Positions 56,023 to 64,000 of a DNA stretch of 64,000 nucleotides are shown piece by piece. The DNA is taken from NCBI GenBank assembly GCA_965197925.1, contig CBDAOC010000018.1, positions 1 to 64,000 on the forward strand. The letters run 5' to 3'. Position 1 is the stretch's first letter, and each line of letters starts with the position of its first letter. The notes below the pieces were generated by a model, which was not told the DNA's origin, searched no databases, and saw only the letters and a program-made list of their open reading frames with translations. Source of the DNA: Nitrososphaerales archaeon (lineage in GTDB: Archaea > Thermoproteota > Nitrososphaeria > Nitrososphaerales > UBA213). The translations under genes and the position numbers were made by a program.

Positions 56023-56799
56023 TTGATAGTCGGTGAAATGACAAATTTAGAATATGGAAAAATTAGACAGAATATAGTCTCCTTCCTGAAGAAGGAACTT
56101 AAATCTTCTAGAAGGAGTGGTTATGTAGTAGGACTCAGTGGCGGTCTTGATTCCTCAGTGGTTACCAGTTTGGCATTCGAAGCAGTAAATAGAAAATTGT
56201 TGGCTTTGATATTACCTAGTAAGGTAACACCTGTTCAGGATATTAAGGATGCAGTGACATTATCAAAAAAATTGAAAGTTAAATACAATATCATAGATTT
56301 GGAGCAAGTTCATTCGTGCTTAGTTCTTAAAATGCAGAAAAACAGGGCAGCTTCTGGAAACTTACTTGCGAGGCTACGAATGTGTATGCTTTATTACTAT
56401 GCAAACCAAAACGACCTACTGGTCCTTGGTACAAGCGATAAAAGTGAGTTATTAATAGGGTACTTTACAAAATATGGCGACGGGGGGGCAGATATCATGC
56501 CGATTGCATCACTATACAAAGTTCAGGTTAAGGCTTTAGGTAGATATCTCCATATTCAGGATTCGATATTAACCAAGAAGATTGGACCGATTTTGTGGAA
56601 GAATCACTTTGCAGAAGATGAGATTGGAATGACCTATGAACAAGTGGACAGCATACTTTACTGTTTGCATGATCTGAAACAATCTCCAAACCGGACTTCT
56701 GTAAAACTTGGTATACCATTAAAAAAGGTGGTGAAGATTAAGAATATGCATGACCAAAGTAGACATAAACGAATGGGTGCAAAGATTTGTAAGCTTTGA
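56023..56799 (+). CDS. nadE: NH3-dependent NAD+ synthetase
   Basis: GLSGGLDS, NLLARLRM, GYFTKYGDG. Confidence 0.94.
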   Translation: MIVGEMTNLEYGKIRQNIVSFLKKELKSSRRSGYVVGLSGGLDSSVVTSLAFEAVNRKLLALILPSKVTPVQDIKDAVTLSKKLKVKYNIIDLEQVHSCLVLKMQKNRAASGNLLARLRMCMLYYYANQNDLLVLGTSDKSELLIGYFTKYGDGGADIMPIASLYKVQVKALGRYLHIQDSILTKKIGPILWKNHFAEDEIGMTYEQVDSILYCLHDLKQSPNRTSVKLGIPLKKVVKIKNMHDQSRHKRMGAKICKL

Positions 56800-57066
56800 T
56801 TGTGAGACCAGTCTCTATCCTACCTCTAGTTATGCCTTTAGCTTGCATTATGACGAATACAAGATTTGCCTGTAAATTTTGCCAGTAAGATAGATAGATA
56901 TTATGAGTGCCTTGGAAATTTGTTCTTTAAAACCTGTATAACTTAACTCTCTTCGCAAATAACGAAGATTTGGAATATTAAGAGCAATTAAAATGTAATA
57001 ACACTCTTTTGAATCGATAGAATTTTCAGATCTATTGAGGGCTTAAATACCGGATCCATTATAGAA

Positions 57067-57666
57067 GTGGATAAGATGACAATGCCTGGGTCAGGTAGTG
57101 CTAGAAAAAGTAGGATGCTTAGGATGGGTGTCATCTTTGGAGCATTTATAGCTATAAGTTTAGTAAGCGGTCTTTTTCAGGATGATGATGATGAAAATGA
57201 GAGCGCAACTAATACTGTTGACGAACTAGAAGAGGAAATTGAGGTTAGCCAACGGGCTCCAGAGGTTTCCTCAATGGGAGAACAAGTCATGGTATCGGGT
57301 TTATCATATGACGTTACACATGCTTCTGTAAGTGACAGTTTGCCAACTGCTGGTTTGTCGGAACAGCCTAAGGAAGAGTATTTGTTAATAACAATGTATG
57401 TGACAAATTCAAGCAATGAACCAAGAACAGAATTGAAAGAGTTTGACTTTACACTCACAGATTCTGAAAACCGCAAGTTTAATGTGATAAAAGCTCTTTC
57501 ACCCTACTTTGGTGAATCATGGAGTACTCTTCAACCAGGTATTACAGGATATAGGGGTCTTGTCTTTCAAATACCGGTCGATAGCGAGTTAGAATACAAT
57601 TTGCTAGTTGGAGATGATAATATAGTACCGCTAGGGGCAGGCAATAATTTTGTTGTCATGGAGTAA
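57067..57666 (+). CDS. DUF4352-like membrane-anchored protein
   Basis: N-terminal TM, acidic linker, Ig-like pattern (VTN, FTLTDSENRKF, LQPG...GLVFQIP). Confidence 0.75.
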   Translation: MDKMTMPGSGSARKSRMLRMGVIFGAFIAISLVSGLFQDDDDENESATNTVDELEEEIEVSQRAPEVSSMGEQVMVSGLSYDVTHASVSDSLPTAGLSEQPKEEYLLITMYVTNSSNEPRTELKEFDFTLTDSENRKFNVIKALSPYFGESWSTLQPGITGYRGLVFQIPVDSELEYNLLVGDDNIVPLGAGNNFVVME

Positions 57667-58066
57667 GTTCAGGATGAAGGATTGGATAAACCATAATTGT
57701 TAATATTTTGCGGTTAAACATAAATTTTCCAAGTAGAAAGTTTCAACAGAATGGGTTTAAGTACGGTACTAGTGGTGAGAGGGTATTATACCCCCAATAT
57801 ATTGGACTGAAATGATTGTGAGATAATTCTTTACAATGCAAAATCTTTCTTGTTAGGGAACTGATTTTCCTATATCCTTGATGTTAATAGTCAAATCTAA
57901 ATTACGAACAATTTTATGTTGAATATGTCTAAAATATTTGTTATTTATATCCCTAATATCTAAAAGGTCAAGAGTTATTTTTGATTCATTCAAACTATTC
58001 TTTTATATAAAAAAATATCAAAGGGGATCCCGTTTCGTCTAGACCAACTTTTCATTTTACAATTAA

Positions 58067-58996
58067 TTAATCGGGCTGAGTAGCCAAGGTAGTGATATCG
58101 ATGAATGGCATTGCTCCTCCTCCACCCATCGCTATTGGCAATTTTCCATTCCATTTGTTTATCGCCTGCCACTTTAGATAATCGGGGCTTGATTTGAGTT
58201 GTTCTTGTATTATCAATATTGCTTCAGCTTCACCTTTTGCCTGTGCAATATTTGCGTTCGCGTTACCAATAGCCTCGGCTTCTCTTGATTCTGCTTGTAC
58301 TCGCACCTTTTCAAGGACATTTCTCTCTCTCTCTGCTTCCTGTTGTGCTACCACCTTTAGCTCAATGGATCTAGCGAAATCAGCTGAAAATTGGAAGTCA
58401 GTTATGAAGACCTGTTCTACAATAAGACCTCTACTGATCAATGTCTCACTGATTGTATCACCAATTCTTGCCTTTGCCTCTTCTCTTTTAGTGATCAATT
58501 CTTCGGCTACAAACTTTGCAGTACTCCCTTTCACAGATTCCTGTATGGTGGGTGCAATTAATCTAGCAGCATAATCTTCTCCAAGTTCCTGATAAAGAGT
58601 TTGGACAACCGCGGGATCTACATGAAAATTCAAGGCAACTGCAGTCGTTACTACTTGAAGGTCGGCGGAAGATGAGCTCGCATCTGCCTCATACTTTAGG
58701 GTCCTCACTTCCATTTGTATAACTTGTTCCACAAACGGAGTTATGAAGGAGAAGCCTTCAGGAAGTACTCTATCTTCAACGGCACCAAAATATAAAACCA
58801 CTCCACGATGACCTGCCTCTACGATTACTACAGACTGTGAGATTATTACCAAAATGATTATAGCCGTCACTATTCCAAGACCAAGCTTCGTTTTGCTCTC
58901 TTGTGACCCAGGTCTGCTAGGTCTAGGTCTATCACGGACCACCTCTGCCTCCTCTGGTTCACCTTCTTTTCTAAATTTCTTAAATGGATTACCCAT
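58067..58996 (-). CDS. Prohibitin/SPFH-family membrane protein
   Basis: VEAGHRGVV, SADLQ, AEELITKR, AKGEAEA, KWNGKLP. Confidence 0.94.
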   Translation of the reverse strand: MGNPFKKFRKEGEPEEAEVVRDRPRPSRPGSQESKTKLGLGIVTAIIILVIISQSVVIVEAGHRGVVLYFGAVEDRVLPEGFSFITPFVEQVIQMEVRTLKYEADASSSSADLQVVTTAVALNFHVDPAVVQTLYQELGEDYAARLIAPTIQESVKGSTAKFVAEELITKREEAKARIGDTISETLISRGLIVEQVFITDFQFSADFARSIELKVVAQQEAERERNVLEKVRVQAESREAEAIGNANANIAQAKGEAEAILIIQEQLKSSPDYLKWQAINKWNGKLPIAMGGGGAMPFIDITTLATQPD

Positions 58997-59085
58997 ATAT
59001 GTTCAACGTGATATGTTCATCTTATTACATTAATATGTTTTTAATGTGAATTCAAAGATTAAATTTTTAGAAAAGATTAATATTA

Positions 59086-59412
59086 TCAAAGGGAATCGTG
59101 CGAGATTATTTGACCCCTCTTAATTATCATGCAACAGGAACAATAAGCTTTTACGCAATCTGTTGCCTCTATGTGCTTACATATATGACACCTGCATTCC
59201 TGCCCTTCAGTATCAGCCTGTATTTGCTCTAGTTGCTTGTTCTTGTTTTGTCTCCAGTAGTAATAAAACCACATTCCTCCCAAGGCTAAAGCTATCAACA
59301 GCAATGGTCTTACTGCAAGTAATGGAATATGGAAAACCAGCAGGCTGATCGCTATCAGACCGGTGCCGATCGCCAATATCATAATGTACTTATTGAGATT
59401 CATCCATATCAC
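59086..59412 (-). CDS. Small membrane protein with Cys/His-rich C-terminus
   Basis: Two TM helices, then CRCHICKH...C...CSCC. Confidence 0.7.
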   Translation of the reverse strand: MIWMNLNKYIMILAIGTGLIAISLLVFHIPLLAVRPLLLIALALGGMWFYYYWRQNKNKQLEQIQADTEGQECRCHICKHIEATDCVKAYCSCCMIIKRGQIISHDSL

Positions 59413-60002
59413 ATATTACCATGCAATACATTTGAATTGTTACGTGATATAATCATTTTTCTTTCATTGTTAAGCACCCAACGAGTTTAAGATTTTCTCT
59501 CATATCCGATATATACTCTATAGTAACAACTCAGGATATTGTTATCACTAACGAGAGACCGATAAAGGAGTGATGAGAAAGATGACCCTAGGAAAATACA
59601 CCTCTAGTGAAGTTTGTCTAGGAGATACATACAAATGTTTTTTATCTTGTTTCAGATCGTAATATAGAATAAATCTTGCTTGATAAGGAAATATGTAAAT
59701 GCCTAAGAAAGGAACGCAGTAAATTCGTATATTTAACTTCTGCATCTCATGCTACTGGTCGGCTACTTTGTATGATGGAAAATGTATCCCCTGTCCTTTG
59801 TATGATGGAAATATCTATAGCAGAAGAATTAAAGTTAATACAAAATATAATCCACAGAATACCGGCACCCATGCCTTAGGTGCATTAACAATTCAAAAAG
59901 ATGGCGCTGGAAAGGTGACAATTAATGTAGACTAAACTTTATTTTAGTACAAATCCTTCGTAGTTTGTTTAACAATAATTCAATTCTATCAAATGAAGTA
60001 CA

Positions 60003-60275
60003 TTAATCATCAATTCCAAGATCCTCTGTTAATGTAATTACACGATGTGTGACTAAAGAAATATTGTCACTCATAGCCAGTTCATCTTTTAACGTAATTT
60101 CTGTTCTCCCTTCTAGTTTAGCGCTTCCTTTTTGCAAATTAAATTGATGTTCAATCATGGGACTAGAATTCCCTTCTTCCAGATTGCTTTGATAAGATAT
60201 GTTAGAGCCTAATGCTATTGCTCCAAAAGTCACTGCCACTACAACTGTCATTATCAAGATATTCCTTCTACTCAT
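60003..60275 (-). CDS. Small secreted or membrane-anchored hypothetical protein
   Basis: MSRRN plus hydrophobic N-terminal helix. Confidence 0.55.
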   Translation of the reverse strand: MSRRNILIMTVVVAVTFGAIALGSNISYQSNLEEGNSSPMIEHQFNLQKGSAKLEGRTEITLKDELAMSDNISLVTHRVITLTEDLGIDD

Positions 60276-61092
60276 ACCTACTATTGAAAGAGGGTACGTT
60301 GAATATTGACTTTATGTACTTGTAATGATGTATCTGTGATGCTGTTAATTGAAAGGAAATATTACTAATCTGAAGAAAATCTTGATAATTAATATTGGCC
60401 GACTATTATATTTAGAATCACGATTAATACAAGAAAATTGTTAATCAGAATACAAGATGCATTAGAGTATCATATGCTCTATCAAGGATATACATTGCCA
60501 TACCCTTGTAGGTTGATAAACCTCTGATAAATAGTATCAAAAAGCGGAACCGTTTTAGCTATGCCAAGATCCGTATTTTACAGGTGTGTTTTATGCCTAG
60601 ATAGCTGACCTCCTCCATCAAAACCGACATTACAAAGTCGATTAAATTAAATAATGTTACCAGAGTTATTTAGGTCGTCTCAAAACCCTTTAACGGTTAA
60701 TGAAATTTCTGCGATCGATATATTTGCCAGTACAGGGTTCCGGAGATCAACGATTCGTTATGAAAGATCATGGGAAACGTACATGGGATTTCCGCATCTA
60801 GCAGCATCCATAATGCATTGGAAAGTTTTGAGATGACTTCATTATTACCTTCTATAGATGATATAAAAACTACCTCATTATTTTCCATACTTTTCCATAC
60901 ATTATTTATACAATAATAATTATCAATTTCAACAGGGATCAAACATAATCTCCCTGCTAGTAGATATACTCTAATCAACATAGTGAGATACACCGAATTG
61001 TGTGAGACCTCAAAGTGCTATATACATTTCATGATTATAGCAGCAGCGAGGCTTAACTGTGTGCTTATTAACTAGCTTTATCGTAGTGAATT

Positions 61093-62490
61093 TTGGAAAA
61101 GGGGCTGCTGTTGAAATTATATAATACGCTAACTGGTATACTAGAAGAAGTTCAGGCTAAAGATAATCAGTTCAGAATATACCTTTGTGGTGTTACTGTT
61201 TACGATTACAGTCATCTTGGACACGCAAGAACCATAATAATATTTGATGTGCTAAGGCGATACCTAATTCATAAAGGTTACAAGGTCATATTTGTGCAGA
61301 ATTTCACGGATATTGACGATAAGATAATCAATACCTCAAGGAAACTAGGAATTGAACCAAAAGAACTATCTGAAAAATTCATCAAGCAGTATTTTGAGAA
61401 TTTTGATGATTTGAACATAATACGTGCAGATGAGTACCCTAAAGCCACAGAGCATGTAAACGAAATGCAGGGACTTATCGCAGGCTTGGTAGAAAGGAAT
61501 TTTGCATATCTTTCCGATAACGGCGTTTACTTTCACGTCCTTTCAGATAATGATTATGGCAAACTGTCAAAGAAACCCATTGACCAACTTCAAGCAGGGG
61601 CAAGGGTAGAAGTTGATCTCAGTAAAAAAGATCCGTTGGATTTTGCATTGTGGAAGTTATACAAGGAGGGTCTACTTTGGGACAGTCCATGGGGCAAAGG
61701 TAGACCAGGATGGCATATAGAATGTTCCGCGATGAGTATCAAATACCTTGGCAATGGGTTCGAAATACATGGTGGTGGTGAAGATCTTATCTTTCCGCAC
61801 CATGAAAACGAAATTGCCCAGTCAGAATGCTACACTGGAAGTATGTTCGCAAGATATTGGATGCATGTGGGTATGGTAACTATAGCGGGAGAAAAAATGG
61901 CGAAATCCTTGAAGAATATAGAACCAATACATACAGCATTAAAAAAATGGGGTGCAAATGGAATCAGAATATATTGTCTATCTGGTCACTACAGAAAAAC
62001 TCTTGATTATAATGACCGCCTTCTTGCAGATGCAATCGCAAGGTGGCGTGATATAGAAACATGTGCGTATGAATTGGAATTTGCCGAAGGAGATGGTGGA
62101 CCTATTGATGAGGCAATGAAAATTGTCAATGATACTCTCAGAGAATTTAAACATGTCATGGATGACGACCTTAACACACCCATGTCGTTAACTGTATTCA
62201 CTACTTTTGTCAGAAAAATAAACAGGTATGCTGCAGATGAAAAGCTTGATAGGACCATGGCCGACGCAGTTAAACCAACATTTGATAAAATTATGTTCAT
62301 ATTTGGTTTGAAGATCATAAAAGCTTCTAGTGAAGAGGAAAGAAAGATCGAAATAATGGTAAGGGAGAGGAACAAGCTAAGAGAGCAGAAAATGTTTGTA
62401 GAGGCTGACAAAATTAGAGAGCAGTTAAAAAATATGGGGGTTGAACTCATGGATCACAAGAGGAGAACCATATGGAAAAAACTAAGGTGA
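61093..62490 (+). CDS. cysS: Cysteine--tRNA ligase
   Basis: CGVTVYDYSHLGH, DFALWK, GRPGWHIEC, KMAKS; true start may be TTG 61111. Confidence 0.97.
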   Translation: MEKGLLLKLYNTLTGILEEVQAKDNQFRIYLCGVTVYDYSHLGHARTIIIFDVLRRYLIHKGYKVIFVQNFTDIDDKIINTSRKLGIEPKELSEKFIKQYFENFDDLNIIRADEYPKATEHVNEMQGLIAGLVERNFAYLSDNGVYFHVLSDNDYGKLSKKPIDQLQAGARVEVDLSKKDPLDFALWKLYKEGLLWDSPWGKGRPGWHIECSAMSIKYLGNGFEIHGGGEDLIFPHHENEIAQSECYTGSMFARYWMHVGMVTIAGEKMAKSLKNIEPIHTALKKWGANGIRIYCLSGHYRKTLDYNDRLLADAIARWRDIETCAYELEFAEGDGGPIDEAMKIVNDTLREFKHVMDDDLNTPMSLTVFTTFVRKINRYAADEKLDRTMADAVKPTFDKIMFIFGLKIIKASSEEERKIEIMVRERNKLREQKMFVEADKIREQLKNMGVELMDHKRRTIWKKLR

Positions 62491-62991
62491 TATCAGTAAG
62501 CTTACTGATGTATACGATAAAATTATCTCCTCAAATAGAATGATTGAAGTTAAAATTTAGATGAATAATGAGATTGAACAGATTTTTTTCAGTTTCAACA
62601 AATTAAAGTAAAAATCCACTTTCCCAAATTCATAGATGTGATTTCATCTGGGAATTGATAATCCATTGAACTGTAACGACAACATTCCACAAAGTTAAGA
62701 ATCTTAGGCCTAGAGCTCTATAGGTGATAGCTCAGAAAGTTTTATGTAACTATGAGATTTCTTTCCTATGGGATTCCTGAAGTGGATAATAATTGCAGCG
62801 ATAATAATATTACCAATATTGGCAAGTTTCGCGATATTGCCAGAAGGACCAGAACCACGACAATTAGGGGAGTATATTAATGGAATAGTACAATATTGGA
62901 AAGAGGTTATTTCGGAAATTAAATTATCATAGCCTTAGATTATATCAACCACTCAAACCATTGACAATGTATTCACTATTAGTCAAAAACA

Positions 62992-64000
62992 TTAACCTTT
63001 CTTCTTAGCTGCAGAGATTATAGAAACCACGTCTCTATCCTTTATATTATAATCTGACGGCAACCGTAGCCCATCACGAGCATCTATCGCGTATAACAAG
63101 TTTTTAGCTAAATCACTGTGGATCTGCCTCGCCAGATCCTCCACGGTTGATCCAGAAGGCATTAAATAAACATCCGGAAGCACATTACCCTTTTTATCAG
63201 TTAAGTTTGATACATCTCCTACAGGGTAAACTGCATTCATCCTCAACAATTTGAAAACAGCGACGTTGATAGAGTGTTGTACACCAGTTCGCATGTATTC
63301 ACCCAATACATCTTTTCGTATGAAGTTAAGTGCCCATTTTTGCTTGTCATTAAGCTCATCTTGTTTTACTATATCAAACCTTTCGTCACCAGGCAGATAC
63401 TTTATTAATCCTTTATTTTCAGCTCTCCTTAATGTAAGTTCAGCCTCTGCACTTGCGGGAACAACCATCATATCCTTGTATTCTTCTCTCAAACGTCTAA
63501 AGTTCTCCATCCCATCTGGAATATCAACCTTGTTCGCGACTATTAGTGTGGGTTTTGATATATCACGTAAAGACCATACAAAGTCTTTGCTATCATCAAT
63601 GTCATAGTCATCAAAACTTTTGTCCTGAAGTTTTGCATCATTTACTGCCCTTTGAACATCAAATTCCTTTACTCCAATACCAGCAAAGATGTCGGCTATT
63701 GCAACATTCATCTTAACACCAGATTTTGTTGCTCGAGAAATTTTATCTCTATTACCCTCCAGAAGTTTAAGGTACCACATTACAAGTTCTTCTTCAATAT
63801 CACCAATATCAGCAACAGGATCGCCGGATCCAACTTCAGTAACCCTTCCCCCAGCATCAATACTACCAGATACATCAACAACATGTAACAGCGCATCAGA
63901 CTGTGCCGCTATTGACAGAAACTGGTTTCCCAGGCCCTTACCTTCCCATGCACCTTTTATCAATCCTGGTAGATCGATCAACTCAACGGGGATAAATCTC
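62992..64000 (-). CDS. ychF: YchF/OLA1-family Obg-like ATPase (5' end outside window)
   Basis: IDLPGLIKGAWEGKGLGNQFL, ANKVD, C-terminal TGS domain (IHSDL). Confidence 0.93.
   Translation of the reverse strand, partial: RFIPVELIDLPGLIKGAWEGKGLGNQFLSIAAQSDALLHVVDVSGSIDAGGRVTEVGSGDPVADIGDIEEELVMWYLKLLEGNRDKISRATKSGVKMNVAIADIFAGIGVKEFDVQRAVNDAKLQDKSFDDYDIDDSKDFVWSLRDISKPTLIVANKVDIPDGMENFRRLREEYKDMMVVPASAEAELTLRRAENKGLIKYLPGDERFDIVKQDELNDKQKWALNFIRKDVLGEYMRTGVQHSINVAVFKLLRMNAVYPVGDVSNLTDKKGNVLPDVYLMPSGSTVEDLARQIHSDLAKNLLYAIDARDGLRLPSDYNIKDRDVVSIISAAKKKG

Noticed and set aside
59766..59811. CTTTGTATGATGGAAA direct repeat x2 with 30-bp period
   Set aside because: Only two copies in decayed sequence; no function supportable
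60697..60993. 98-aa minus-strand ORF
   Set aside because: No recognisable motif; may be a remnant or spurious

Overview
Chromosomal window from an AT-rich archaeon of the Thaumarchaeota/Nitrososphaeria. The assignment rests on gins23/rfcS, rps15-DHH-pcc1-serS, cdvB-cdvC, an AOA-type amt, bluB, taw1 and tRNAs with BHB introns. Housekeeping islands (replication, division, tRNA synthetases, DNA repair, proteasome, cofactor metabolism) are separated by long AT-rich spacers. These hold pseudogenes (PfkB kinase, LysE, HEPN, PD-(D/E)XK nuclease, a split Zn-binding protein) and at least seven IS copies or remnants of four types. Most notable: a three-intron tRNA-Arg(CCT) and a two-intron tRNA-Asp(GTC); three candidate structured 5' leaders (proS, DEAD-box helicase, GGR-like flavoprotein); a divergent ESCRT-III-like gene between cdvB and cdvC; a stand-alone Mre11/Rad50-like pair with GNHD changed to GNRD; and an amine-oxidase-like gene upstream of amt. 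All calls come from manual motif reading, without database searches. No CRISPR array or rRNA was seen.
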